The position numbers were made by a program, and so were the translations under genes. From Octopus sinensis (lineage: Eukaryota), in NCBI RefSeq assembly GCF_006345805.1, contig NC_043011.1, forward strand, positions 52,092,464 through 52,156,463: a stretch of DNA of 64,000 nucleotides, written 5' to 3'. Position 1 is the stretch's first letter. Each line of letters opens with the position of its first letter. Below are positions 23,975-37,521 of the stretch, piece by piece. Under the pieces are notes generated by a model that was not told where the DNA came from, ran no database searches, and saw only the letters and a program-made list of their open reading frames with translations.

Positions 23975-24505
23975 TTACTGATTGGATCCTTATAATATGT
24001 AGAACTTAGATTCAATGCATAAGGGCGGATATAATGCAGTATGTTTGGTTTGAATTTGAGGTGGATTAAAGAGGGAAGAACGCCCCATGAAAATTCATAA
24101 ATTTCCAATGTTGATGAAATTTCAACCGTAGGTAATTGACACACATCAAGAAGTATTACCAAAGTTTCTGCTTCTCATGAGGATTCTAAGACCCCCTAAT
24201 GGGGGCCTTAACTCCCAAATTTTAGTCATGTTTTATGATCCAAAACTAGGTCAAAAGTATTGAATGGATCTTTATGAAATTTGGAAATTATATTCTATGC
24301 ATAAGGACAGATGTAATGCAGTATATATTTGAAAGTGAGGGGGCATAAATGAGGGCATAACACTCATAAAAATTCATATATTTTTGCTGTTGATGAAATT
24401 TTAACTAGCTATTGGACACAAATGAAGTAATATTCCTAAAATTTCAACTTCATAGGAGTTAGTAAGAGCCCTTATTGGGGGCTTAACCCCCACAATTTAG
24501 TCATT
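23975..24505. repeat. Two diverged tandem units of ~280 bp, DINE/Helentron core-like
   Basis: Units begin tggatc (~23983, ~24265) and share atgcataagg..taatgcagtat, aaaattcata..tgttgatgaaattt and gggg.cttaac.ccc.aattttagtcat. Confidence 0.7.
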
Positions 24506-25090
24506 TTTTCCTAAGCCAAGATGAATACAATTGTAGTCTTGGAAGCTGTAGAGTCACCCAAGCATTGAAGATGAACATTATTTGTAATTCAATGGTACAA
24601 CAGTGTAAGAGTGTGCTTTGAGATATACTTAGATTGTGATTTCTGCAATGTGGTGCATAAATTGTCAAGTAAAGGAGAGGCATCTTTGCCTCCACTGATT
24701 CAGTTGCAAAGTGTTATTTTGAGTAAAGTTATTTGGTTGCAGACCTCCTTTGAGTCTTTTTATTATCACAGGGTCAGAGATAGTCCCCAGATGGTAACAT
24801 TGATTTCAAGGCCTTTCCAGATAGTGATTGGTCATTTAAAGAGATTTATATATTGCAAATTTATTCTTTTCAGTTACCTATCGGCATTGTGATCATTGGC
24901 AAACTCCAGAGGTGCGCTTTCATTTCCCCTTAGCCCTCACGTCATACAGTTGTTAATGTTTATTTGAGTTGGGTCACACCCTTCCAATTGCTATAGACTT
25001 GTAATGCCTCTTATGGCTGTGTTGGTCACCTGCATGGTGAGGAATCCTACATTGGGGAGTGGTAACAACCAGGGTAGAGTAGCTGACTGC
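24500..25090 (-). mobile_element. Degenerate RTE-type LINE apurinic endonuclease remnant
   Basis: Frameshifted motifs FAIYKSL, GTISDPVIIKRLK, LTIYAP and IFNAWV resemble the APE motifs GVGFAI, ISERLM.LRL, YAPT and GDFNA.VG. Confidence 0.5.
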
Positions 25091-25804
25091 TTATTGTGAT
25101 CAGTTGTCTTTTGGTTTCCTGTACCTTTGCTCTCTCATCTTGAATCATTTAATATCATTACATGATAATCTAACAGGAGTTGGAGCTCAGCTGCTGAGGA
25201 AGTCAAAGATGATGGAAATATGTTCACAGCTGCCTCCTTTCCTTACCAAAATGATGAACTGTTTTAATCTTTTAGCTAATGTTATTTTCCATTTTTGCAT
25301 AATCATTTCTAATTAGAATTTTAATACTCACTAGATTAAATATGTTAACTTAGAGTTAGTTAGTTAGTTACTGCAACTATTTATTTACAGTTATTTAGAA
25401 GTTAAGTGTAGTGGCTACAGACACAATGAAAGTGTCCAATGACAGGCTGTGAACTTCCTGCTTGTCATTTCATAGTCTACTGTCTTCCAGGCTATCTACT
25501 TAATCATCTACATTCACTGAGACAGACTTCTAATTATTGTTTTCAGCCTTTATATTCTTTTGTTGTTAAGTTTGCTTCATATTTCCATGGTTCTTTCAAT
25601 TTTTGGCGCAAGGTCAGGATTCCTAGGGAGTGGGTAGGTCAGTTACATTGACCCTAGTGCTCAACTGGTGCTTATTTTAATTGACCTTGAAAGGATGAAA
25701 GGCAAAGTTGATCATGGCAGAATTTGAACTCAGAGGGATGAAATGCCACCAAGCATTTTGCTCAGTGTGCTAATGGTTCTGCCAGCTCACCGCCTTATAT
25801 TTAA

Positions 25805-26024
25805 CCCTTTAGTGTTTAAACTGGCTATATCCGGCCCAAATATTCTACACATTTTATGCTCAAACTGGCCAGAACATGCATCTCACACCTACCCTGCAAT
25901 GTCATTCTAGAAATAAGCAATTACATCTTTACTATCTTGAAGCTACAAAATAATATCAGATAAATTTTTTTAAATGTGAATAAATAAGGATTATTTTTGA
26001 CAAATTAATATGAACGCTAAAGGG
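25805..26024. mobile_element. TTAA-flanked piggyBac-type MITE (family P1)
   Basis: TTAA|ccctttag...ctaaaggg|TTAA. Confidence 0.85.
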
Positions 26025-26030
26025 TTAATA

Positions 26031-26061
<31 letters not shown>

Positions 26062-26429
26062 TGAATTTGTATACACTGCTCACATATACTAACTACAGCT
26101 TACCAAGAAAGGTTAAAAGTGGGAACAGAAAGCAGCAAATAAGTCACATAAAGATAGCAATGAAGGCAAGAAGTGCATGCATAATACACAGAATAAAACA
26201 AAAATAGACAGAAAAGTCAATATAGTCACAAAGAGGGAAAGGTCCATTGACAGGTCAGGAGTAGTGTTAGTGAACTTTGGGAAGAAGCATGGAATTTTTG
26301 AAGGATGCAATGTCCTGACAGACTTAACATTCAATGGATTGAGTAATCAATGTCAGTCTGGAAGATATTTTTAAAATTCTTCATTTCAATCAATAAGGAA
26401 AACATATTCACATGCATATATACATACAT

Positions 26430-26615
26430 ACATATCATCATCCTTTAACATCTGTTTTCCATGCTGGCATGGGTTGGACAGTTTGACCAGAGCTGGCCAG
26501 CAGGAGAGCTGCACCAGGTTGCAGTCTGATTTGGCTTTTGTTTCTACAGGCTGGATGCACTTTCTAATGCCAACCACTTCACAGTGTGTGCTGGGTGCTT
26601 TTAATGTGGCACTGG
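26430..26615 (-). mobile_element. Family C retroposon tail
   Basis: Family C motifs. Confidence 0.78.
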
Positions 26616-26674
26616 CACAGGACTCTTGAAGGCCAATTCTCTTCATCAGAGAATATATATATGTATATATATAT

Positions 26675-26963
26675 AAGATGTACTTGCATAGCAAGTGACC
26701 TGATCTGAGATCGTGTGCTGGAACGAAAACAATTGCAGCATGGAAGGTGTTTATAAGCCATTTAAGAAACACACAAAATCCATTAGATTCACCTCAACAT
26801 TTAAATTTAATTCAGTGCTGCACGGAATTTTGTCAGTGAACAGGTCGCGGTCTCAAAGCGATGAAAATATTTTGACAAATTAAATTTAAATGTTCAAGTG
26901 AATCTAACGGATTTTGTGTGTTTCTTAAATGGCTTATAAACACCTTCCATACTGCAATTGTTT
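26675..26963. mobile_element. Palindromic repeat element with 86-bp inverted arms
   Basis: Arms 26727-26812 and 26878-26963 with about 4 mismatches; a rearranged relative lies at ~29955-30082. Confidence 0.85.
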
Positions 26964-27076
26964 ATATATATAATATATATATATACAAGAAGAAAAGAAA
27001 ATGGTGATTGGAAAGTTAATAATAGTTTATTAACGACAAATTGGTCGTCTTTGCTTCTTACAGCTGTTTCAATTAA

Positions 27077-27474
27077 TCTTTATATATAAAAGTAAGGTTG
27101 TGTGCTGTCTGTCTCCTACAATTTAGATTCCTAACTACTCCCACATTTTGTGGTGCAGTTTAACCAAAACCAGGTATCTTATAGTCGTGATTCATATCGA
27201 GCCCTTCTGGGTATTAGCGTGTGTCTACGATGAGTCTACGATTTTAAAAAGAACTTACCATCAATTTTTCCCATTTTTAATGCATTTTTGGCATATATAA
27301 TGGAAGTAACTCTCTAAAAATTTATTATTAAATCTCAGAACGTAAAAAGCTACAGTAACCACCCCCCCCTTTGTGGTTAGCCATATTGAGATGGCTATTA
27401 AACTTTACATCTCTAAAAATGTTTATATAGTTATTTCCCTTACAAACCCGAGCAACGCCGGGTGATACTGCTAG
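27077..27474 (+). mobile_element. Non-autonomous Helitron (family H1), full length
   Basis: A|TC start, hairpin cccgagcaacgccggg about 10 nt before CTAG|T end, no TSD. Confidence 0.88.
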
Positions 27475-29276
27475 TACCCAATAATTTAATTACAAATTTG
27501 TACATTAAATTTACATTTATGTGACATGAGTATAATTTCATCAGAGGTAAAAAAAAAAGATGTACTTTGGATGTTACATGTTCGTTAAAAATTCATTTTA
27601 TCAGACTCTTGAATCTGCTTATCAATTCATTTTAGCAGGCTCATGTCACATAACTATAAATTTAATGTATAAATTTGTAATTAAATTATTGATATTAATT
27701 GAAACAGCTGCAAGAAGTGAAGATGACCAATTTGTTGTTAATAATAAACAATTATAAACTTCCTAATCTCCATTTTCATGTCTTCTTTTAAATGGATGTG
27801 AACTATATGCTTTATATATACCTATTAAGGAAGTTCATTCCCCACAAAATACTAGGTATTGAACCAGAAGTTCCTTGGATGAAACCATCCCTTCATGAGA
27901 TTAACATATACTCTAATTAAATTTTTGTATGTATGTATGCGTGTATGTATGTATGTATGTATGTATATATGTGTATTTGTGTGTATGTATGTATATATGT
28001 GTATTTGTGTGTATGCATGCATGTATGTGTGTATGTATGCACTCTTGCATGCAAGCTACTGGCCTGCTGGAAATAGAAACCAAATTGCTCTTGAATCACA
28101 CCCTACTGTTTTAAATACAAAAGGATGTATTGAATAATGTAGTTCAAGATATACAGTGTCTGATAATAAAAAAGAATAGAAAAGGGATGCCAAGGAACAT
28201 ATTTGAACATCTTCATTTATATCTCAAATACATTAAATACCTACTCTTATTTCACTGTATAGCTACACATATATGTTAGTGTTTTTATGTCAAGTTATAA
28301 ATAAAAGTAATAACCGAAGGGTTACTCAACACATTTTGGGAGAGTACATATTTATCAACCTTTACAAGGAACTGCTTGACAGTAACTTTATCAGACTTGA
28401 AAGTGAGCAAGCTGAAACTTCAGAGACATTGTCAACGTTTTCTTTGTAAAAGTTAATAAATGTCTGTCTGTCTGTTAGTCTGTCTACACACACACACATG
28501 TGCATGCACATATGTGTGTATGCATGTGGTGCACATGTATTTTGTCCTCTACATTATTTTAGCTAGGTGTCACCTGATTACTAAATGACCCAGTGTGAAA
28601 AAATGTAGTACTTAAAATTGGACTGCTGTGTATTGGCCACACACACACACACACACACACAGAGTATCACCCTACTTTAACAAAATTATATTGACATAGT
28701 CTCTCTGCTATACCCCCCATTACTGCTCCTGCTGTTTCATTGCTGTGCTATCAACTTTCCTACATCACCTTCCATCATGTTCTCCACCTGATTTCCACCT
28801 GACTACTGACTACTGGCAGTGGTAGTGGTGGCGTGATTTACCTACTTAACTGTCCTCACAGGTTGATATCAGGTGGCACAGCTACTGACACTATTTTCTC
28901 ACCTAGCTTAGCTGTTGTCAACTTCTGCTCTCTCAATATTTATTTCTTGACCCCTTTTGATACCAACCCTCTTGAGACCACCCCTACTTCTAAGATACAA
29001 CTTCCTGCTTTAAAGTGATCTAAACTTCAAACATTCCATGAAAATTTCATATTATAATCTCAAACACCATCTTAACAATCTTTTCTACTATAGGCACAAG
29101 GCCTGAAATTTTGTGGAAGGGGGATGGTCAACTGGTATTTATTTCATCAACCCCAAAAGGATGAAAGGCAAAGTCAACCTTGGTGGCATTTGAACTCAGA
29201 ACGTAAAGACAGATAAAATGTCACTAAGCATTTTCTATCGCATTGCTAATGATTCTGCCAGCTCACTGCCTTAAAA

Positions 29277-29496
29277 CCCTTTCGTTACTGTATTTATTTA
29301 GAGATGCTCTGTGTTTCTTTCAATTACTTTAAACACAACAAAGAATTTAGTAAAATAACTTAATTATCATTCAGCCATTGTCAGGAACATAAATTGTGAC
29401 TAAGGTTTGGTGGAAGATTTTAATTCAAAACTTATGAAAACAAGACATTTGTACTACAGAGCCAGAGCCGATTCAGCCGGGTTGGTAACAAAAGGG
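29277..29496. mobile_element. TTAA-flanked piggyBac-type MITE (family P2)
   Basis: ccctttcgttac...gtaacaaaaggg|TTAA. Confidence 0.82.
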
Positions 29497-29874
29497 TTAA
29501 TAATGGCTGTTGACTAAATTCTGTATTATTTTCAAGGTCAATTGAAACAAAAGTAGTGTTAATTTTTATAGTTCCGTCTTCCCTGTCTATCAGTATGTGT
29601 GTGTTTGCAAGAGGCAATGATTTGTTTTTTAGATACATCACGGAGGCATTGTTTAAGCCGGAACTTAGCTAATATGCTCAATAATAGGAAATTTAAAGTT
29701 ATATAAATTAATAATATGTGGTGTAATTGAATCTAGAAACCTATATCCTCTCTTACTCTTCCTGTGTGGTGTGTGTGTGTATATACTTGTATATATGTAC
29801 TTCAGAGGGTAACAATCCCATGGTCATTCATGACCTATGGAAGGTGGACGTTAAATGATGATAATGATGATGAT

Positions 29875-30300
29875 ATATGTATTATATTCTTAATATTCTA
29901 TTATATATATATATATATCATATTCTTAATATTCTATCATATATATTATATTCTTACAATTACTGTGTGGAAAGTGTTTATAAGCCATTTAAGAAACACA
30001 AAAAAACCCGTTAGATTCACTTCATTGTTTTCGTTCCAGCACATGATCTCAGATCAGGTCACTTGCTATGAAAGTACATCTCCATAATTATATTCTTGAT
30101 ATTCCATTATATATATATATATATATATAGAGATTTTATTCTTAATATTTTATTTTATATTATATCCTTAATGTTATATATCATATTCTTAATACTCTAT
30201 TATATATATATATTATATTACATTCTTAATATTCTATTATATATATATTCTTAATATTCTATTATTTTATGTATTATATTACTTATATATATATCTATAG
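29875..30300. repeat. Degenerate AT-rich tandem repeat (attatattcttaatattctattatatat-like)
   Basis: Motif tattcttaatatt recurs several times, interrupted by a fragment of the 26675-type element. Confidence 0.7.
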
Positions 30301-30699
30301 TAAATGATTACATTGGTAACATAAATAAAATATTACTGTACAAAAAATTTTTTAGTGTGTGCTATTTTTCTGACTAAAGTAAATCTGACCAATTATTTAC
30401 ACACACGCACACATGTATATATACAGTGTCCTTAAGCAAGGTACTTCATTTCATGTTACTCCAGTCTAGTCAGCTAAAATGAGACTTAACCCACTACTGG
30501 GACAGCCCCCTTCTCACTGTCTCCAGTTGTCACTTCCTGATTGTTGCAATTGATGCAAGTTCGTTCGTTTATTGGCCACAAGGGCTAACAAAAATCTATT
30601 AAAACATAAAGGGGCAAAACACAGGACGAAAGTTACAAAGGGTTTTGTCCGTTTAATAATGACTTCCTGATTTAGGCACAAGCCCCAGCAATTTGAATA

Positions 30700-30878
30700 G
30701 GAGGACATTGGTTGTACCTTTGCCTCACAAGTTGACTGGTACTCTATTTTATTGAACTTGGAGGGATGTTAAGGGCAAAGTTGACCGTGGTGAGATTTGA
30801 AACCAGAATGTAAAGAATTAAGACAAATAGCACCAGACATTTTACCCAATACTCTAACAATTCTGCCTACTTGATGCC

Positions 30879-30913
<35 letters not shown>

Positions 30914-31330
30914 TCCTTTCTACTATTGGCACAAGGCCTGAAATTTGGGGGAGGTAGAGAATCAACTATATTGACCCCCAGTACTTGACTGATACTTAAT
31001 TTATCAACCCCAAAAGGAAGAAAGGCAAAGTTGACCATGGCAGAATTTGAACTCAGAATGTAAAGACAGACAAAATGCTCCTAAGCATTTTGCCTGGTGT
31101 GCTAATGATTCTGTCAGCTCGCCAACAGCTTCTCATTTAGGCACAAGACCTGAGAGGAATGGAATTCATCAATACTGTTGGACACTTAGTACTTTACTGG
31201 TACTCTGTTTTATCAACCCCAAAACGATGGAAGGTGAACTTGATTTTGGTGAGATTTGAAATTCAGAGTGTAAAGAACTAAGACAAATCACTGCAAGGCA
31301 TTTTAGCCAACAATTACAATTCTGCAAGCT
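30700..31330 (-). mobile_element. Three consecutive older SINE B-type copies
   Basis: Repeated gaaaggcaaagttgacc..gatttgaactcagaatgtaaag..agcatttt motifs at ~30700-30870, ~30915-31125 and ~31140-31330. Confidence 0.72.
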
Positions 31331-31462
31331 TGCTGCCAATAACGATTTCTTCTATTTGCCATCAGGGTAACAGTTGAGGGGTACAATACAAAAAAAAAAG
31401 AAAAACCTTAAGTATGGGGATTTACATGGAATAGAATTACTTATTTCCAAATAAAAGTATAC

Positions 31463-31626
31463 ATATGCAGGCATGGCTGTGTGCTAAGAAGCTAACTTCC
31501 CAACCACATGGTTCCAGGTTCAGTCCCACTGAATGGCACCTTGGGCAAGTGTCTTCTATAACCTCAGGCCAACTAAGCCTTGCAAGTGGCTTTGGTAGAG
31601 AGAAACTGAAGGAAGCCCATTGTGTG

Positions 31627-31662
<36 letters not shown>

Positions 31663-31875
31663 CACATATTTATGCTTGTTTGTCCCCCTTGACAACTGAT
31701 GCTGGTGTGTTTATATTGCCATAACTGAGTGGCTTGGCAAAAGAGAACAATAGAATAAGCGCTAGGCATACAAGGAATAAGTCCTAGGATCGATTTCTTC
31801 GACTATATCCCTGTAAGGTAGTGCTCCAGCATGGCCGCAGTCAGATGATTGAAACAAGTTAAAGAATAAAAGGAT
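31463..31875 (+). mobile_element. SINE family A, full length
   Basis: Head, core and tail motifs present. Confidence 0.85.
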
Positions 31876-32979
31876 AGTCACATTGTTCCTAGTTCAATCC
31901 TGCTGCATGGCACCTTGGGATGACCTAAGCCTTGTGAGTGAATTTGGTAGATGGAAACTGAGAGAAGCCCATTGTATGTATGTGTGCATGAATGTGTTTG
32001 TGTATATATGTATATGATGATACAATCCCTCTGATAATATAGGAGGACTTCTGGGGTCAATCAAGGAACCCCGCCATTGAAAATCTCCCCAAATACCAAG
32101 GGAAAGTGTCCTATCCAATTTTGATTCCCCAATTTATGGGCTTATACCTAATGGTGCCTTCCATTCTTGCTATTTTTGCCACTTCCATCCACCTTTCGAA
32201 AAGTTCACTCCTAGATGGTACCTACCTTACCTTTCCACTTCACCTTACTGTTTAAGTGAAACATGAAAAAGATAACGAGGGTTCTACCAAAGAGGAAAGT
32301 CTCTGTTCTAATATCTTTCAGCCTTGTCCACTGCATAGCATCTTTCACTATAGCCGCAAAACAAGGGAAACTTGCCGGCCTTTCATTTCTGTGGCATTTT
32401 GTAAAAACTTTTCTCTTTCTTGCAACTTAGTTACGTAAGTGTAAAAATGTAAAAGAAGAAACATCCCCTTAAAAGGCCCCAATGCAATGTTTCCCACTTA
32501 AGCAGAAAAAAAAATAGGGGGGGAGGGCAAAATGAAATACAAAAAAAAAAAAAAGGGAAAAGCAAAATACCTATCCCTTCCTGGTCTATTGATAAGAATC
32601 TTGCCACACCCTTTTATCTGTGAAATGGGGGTTGGAGATAGTCTAGAGTTACAACAAACAAGTATAACACTATGTAACAACAGTTTTAGTTAACCAGTTG
32701 AAAGGTGATGGTGATGGCAGTGGTGGAGGAGTTTGTGGTGGGTAAGGCAGCAGGGTGGGGGTATGAGCTTGCACCCATAAATTCTTCTGGTGATAGATGG
32801 TGTTGATAAGGAACAATTGGCTTTGCCTGATGATGTCCACACGCACATGTTCCTTCATTTTACTTGTTTTTCTTCTATGCCAGCATGATTTGAACATATA
32901 CCTTATTGTGTGTATACAAGTACACACGCACATCCATACTTGTATGTTATTTCATGCCAGTATAGGTCGAATGGATAAT

Positions 32980-33006
32980 ATCTATCTATCTATTTATCTA
33001 TCTCTA

Positions 33007-33061
<55 letters not shown>

Positions 33062-33098
33062 ATCTATCCATCCATCCATCCATCCATCCATCTGTCTG

Positions 33099-33150
<52 letters not shown>

Positions 33151-33195
33151 ATCTATCTCTATATCTATCTATCTATCTATCTATATCTATCTCTA

Positions 33196-33252
<57 letters not shown>

Positions 33253-33360
33253 CTATATCTATCTATCTATCTATCTATCTCTATATCTATCTATCTATCT
33301 ATCATCTATCTCTATATCTATCTATCCATCCATCCAAACATCTATCTATCTATCTATCTA

Positions 33361-33410
<50 letters not shown>
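32980..33410. repeat. (TCTA)n/(TCCA)n/(TA)n compound microsatellite
   Basis: Read directly from the sequence. Confidence 0.95.
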
Positions 33411-33414
<4 letters not shown>

Positions 33415-33570
33415 GCTAGTATAAATTACTTGCCATACTGATCATTAGAAACAGCTAATAGTCAGTATCGGCAAAGTAATCTACTATACATATAATTTGA
33501 ATCTCGCCTCTGGTCCCTTTGCATACTGAACACTTGGTGAAATATATATTAATATTTTGCCCTCAATTGT

Positions 33571-33603
<33 letters not shown>

Positions 33604-34084
33604 TATACACACACATATACAGATATACATACAGACATTTATGCAAACAACACACACACTTGTATATACATACAGATGTATGTGTATATGTATACACATA
33701 TTTACACACATATGCACATAGACACACAAACATACACATATAAAGATAGGGTGGAAGCTGCCAATCCACAAATACACATCTACATCATTTCTTCCATCAA
33801 TTTCAGATTTTCAACACTATTTATAAACATAATATACTGTCATTTAAACATATGACATCCATTGTATAAAACGATGTACAATTTATCTTATCACAGCTAT
33901 CAGCACAACCCTCTTTCAGTTCCACTAATGTATACATCATGTAGTGTGTACACATCTAATCACATGTGCATAGACATTGTCTATACTCTTGTGTGTGTGT
34001 GTGTTTGTGTCTGTCTATCTGTATACCATAAGTATATATAGGTTTGTATATATTATATAGGTATCTCTCTTTCTCTCTCTCAGT

Positions 34085-34091
34085 ATATATA

Positions 34092-34127
<36 letters not shown>

Positions 34128-34344
34128 TGTATGTGTGTATATGTATGTATGTATGTACATGTGTATATATATATATATGTATGTACATGTATATATATAT
34201 ATATGTATATATGTACATGTGTATATATATATGTATATATGTACATGTGTATATATATATATGTATGTACATGTGTATATATATATGTATGTACATGTGT
34301 ATATATATATATATATGTACATGTGTATATATATATGTATGTAC

Positions 34345-34379
<35 letters not shown>

Positions 34380-34677
34380 CATGTGTATATATATATGTAT
34401 GTATGTACATGTGTATATATATATGTATGTATGTACATGTGTATATATATATGTATGTATGTACATGTGTATATATATATGTATGTATGTACATGTGTAT
34501 ATATATATGTATGTATGTACATGTGTATATATATATGTATGTATGTACATGTGTATATATATATATGTATGTATGTACATGTGTATATATATGTATGTAT
34601 GTATGTACATGTGTATATATATGTATGTATGTATGTACATGTGTATATATATGTATATATATATATATGTACATGTG

Positions 34678-34728
<51 letters not shown>

Positions 34729-34730
34729 AT
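34085..34730. repeat. Higher-order minisatellite, unit gtacatgtg(ta)n(tgta)m of ~22-30 bp
   Basis: About 20 repeats of tgtacatgtgtatata with variable TA/TGTA runs. Confidence 0.92.
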
Positions 34731-35899
34731 TGCAGATATTCTTCTAATAGTCTGCTACCATTATTCCCACCTTTTTCATATTTTCAACACTATTTATAAA
34801 CATAGTAAATTCACCATTTAAACCTATTACAATTCTGCTATAAACAATGTTACCATTTTACCCTGTTATAATAATAATAGTCAACCCGCTGTGTTTCTCT
34901 ATTTATATCTCTCCATCCAGTGTAGTAGTAGTAGTACTACTACTACTACAGCCAGCTGTCACTCATGAGCGAGTATGGCTTGGTAACTTGTATCATGCTC
35001 TCACTAATTGTTTTCCGTGTCTATGTAGTTGTGAACAGACATAGACACTCCTCTTGATCCTTCCCACCCTTAAACCCAACAGCACATTCAGAATAAAACA
35101 GCCGGAGGGCAAAATAGCTGCATCAGCATCCATCCAGCTAGTGCTCATTTTCAGCTAACTAGATTGGAGGAAAGTGAAATTAAGTGCCTTGCTGAAGGAC
35201 CCAACGTGCCAACTTGATCCAGGAATTGAACTCACAATCTCATGATTAAGATCAGTCATGCTTCATGATTCATGATTCTGATGAGTCATTAAACATGTTC
35301 TTTGTTACAAATCTGTTCCTTTCCTTATTTTCTTCAACCAATACAAAACCGGTCTGTCCAAGACAGTCTATTTCTCTAGTGTTCAGATCTGAATCTAAAT
35401 CTTGATTGTGACCATTTTATGATACAGAGTAGTGGATATTTTTAGTTCTTCCACTCATGATGTCTCTAATACCTGTGGAGAGGTAAAATGCAGCCAGTCC
35501 TCTTATCAACCTGCCCTCTTACCAACCATTGCAAAGTGGTTGATTAGAACCATACCAACAACAAATGAGGAATGAACAATGGCAAAGTAGAATCTGGAAG
35601 CTACTGTGCAGGCAACCTAAGAGAAGAGTAACTCTGAAAAATACTGTTAAAGGATAAAGGGTGCATTTAGGCTTTGCTACAAACAACCACTATAATGTTG
35701 GTGGCATGATAAATGTACCTGGTTCATGGCGAGATATTTAGTCTGTCCAGCCAATGCTTGCATGGTAAAAAGGATACAAAGCGATGGTGATGGTAATGAA
35801 AACAAGAATGTGAATGACCAACCAATACATTGAGTTAGCTGTTTTAATATTGGTTCCAAATTTTAGCACAAGGCCTGTAATTTCTGGGGAGGGGGTAAG

Positions 35900-36160
35900 T
35901 TGATTACAATGGGTGGCACATAAAAAACACCATTTGAGCATGGCCATTGCCAGTACCACCTGACTGGCCCTCGTGCTGATGGCATGTAAAAGCACCCACT
36001 ACACTCTCCGAGTGGTTGGCATTAGGAAGGGCATCCGGCTGTAGAAACTCTGCCAGATCAGATTGGAGTCTGGTGCAGCCATCTCGTTTGCCAGACCTCA
36101 GTCAAATCATCCAACCCATGCTAGCATGGAAAGCAGATGTCAAACGATGATGATGATGAC
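35900..36160 (+). mobile_element. Family C retroposon tail
   Basis: Family C motifs. Confidence 0.82.
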
Positions 36161-37321
36161 CCCAGTGTTCAATTGGTACTCATTTTATCAACCCTGAAAG
36201 GATGAAATGCAAAGTTGGCCTCAGCAGAATTTGAACTCAAGATGTGAGGATGGATGAAATGTTGCTGTGCTAATGATTTGCCAGCTCATTACCTTAGACA
36301 GGTGTTTTAATATGGTTACATAATCAGTTTTGATTAACTCAAAAATTAATTGAGCCCCATAGGAAATTTACATATAGTGTTATTGCCAATACAGAGAACT
36401 GGTACAGGTGCTACAAAGCACTTCATCTGACTCTCCAATACTTTTACCAATCCATTACTTTGGATTGGGAGGTTTTTTATTGCCATTGAAAAAATAAAAG
36501 TAAAGTTGACCTCAGCAGGGTTTGAACTCAGGGTACAGAGCATCGAGGCAAATTCCGCAAGACCACGTGGAACTAAATATGTAAAAGATAAAAATATAAC
36601 AAAGATAGTCCAGTGAATCAGTGGTTTGAATTTTAATTCCCTGACACTAAGGTGACACTTAAGACAATTTCTTTAAATGGTTTATCTTGCCATGCGTATA
36701 GAGGCCAGCCATGTCTATCAGGTCACATCTGTCACCATAGCAACACTGTAGATATATTGTAGTAGTAGTACTGTGAGTAATTAGAGCATAGTAGTAGTAG
36801 TAGTAGTAGTGGTAGTAGAAGTGCTGTTGGCTTTTATAGGTAGTTGCTGTCTTTCCAACACAATACTATGTAGACAAGAAATTTAATTTTTTTTCTGTTT
36901 ACTCTTTCTCGATATAAAGATTACAAACCATTTCAAAACATATCAAAAATAGTGTATTCTTTGATTTTAATCAAAAAGAAATGCAGTATCTTATCAGTGT
37001 TCCATGAATGTTGCTATAATTTAAACCCTCAATATTCAGGAACCAGAGCTGTAATCAAAGGCATTCCTGTCGTGAACATTTTGTCTTTCCTCAGCATATC
37101 CAAGAAACAGAAAACCTTGTCCAGTAAGACCTTTTCTTAAACAGAAAATTATTTGGCTGTTATTTCTAGCATGTTGAACGACCATCTAGAGGCACCTCTA
37201 TTGGATCGTTCTATTGATGTTTCTAAATAAGGGTATTCGTCCCTGCTTAAATGTTGTAATTTTGGTCCCAAGATTTAGGATCACTGAGCTGAAATTATAC
37301 TATCTTTGTAGGTCATAGGTC

Positions 37322-37521
37322 TTCTCTCTCTATCCGCTCAGTCGAAGTCGACTCTCGGTCACTCGTTGGATCAGTGTCCTCCAGTCAGTTCTATCCTGGG
37401 CCGCTTCCTTCAGACTGGCCATGTCCATTCCGGTATCACTCCTGATGGTGTCAAACCAGCGGGTTCTTGGTCGGCCTCTTCCTCTCTTGCCACTGACCAT
37501 TCCAAGCATGGTCTTATAGCC
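37322..37521 (-). mobile_element. 5'-truncated RTE (BovB-like) LINE 3' end
   Basis: Open frame KTMLGMVSGKRGRGRPRTRWFDTIRSDTGMDMASLKEAAQDRTDWRTLIQRVTESRLRLSG* followed by a short GA tail; typical RTE-BovB C-terminus. Confidence 0.9.

Noticed and set aside
26177-26374. Coding exon (SGVVLVNFGKKHGIFEGCNVL)
   Set aside because: No similarity to FERM sequence, no convincing splice sites, no recognised family.
32797-33411. 204-aa ORF with IYLS repeats
   Set aside because: Translation of the (TCTA)n microsatellite.
33956-34821. Several 186-251 aa ORFs rich in Y/I/H/M/C/V
   Set aside because: Translations of TA/TGTA repeats that simply lack stop codons.
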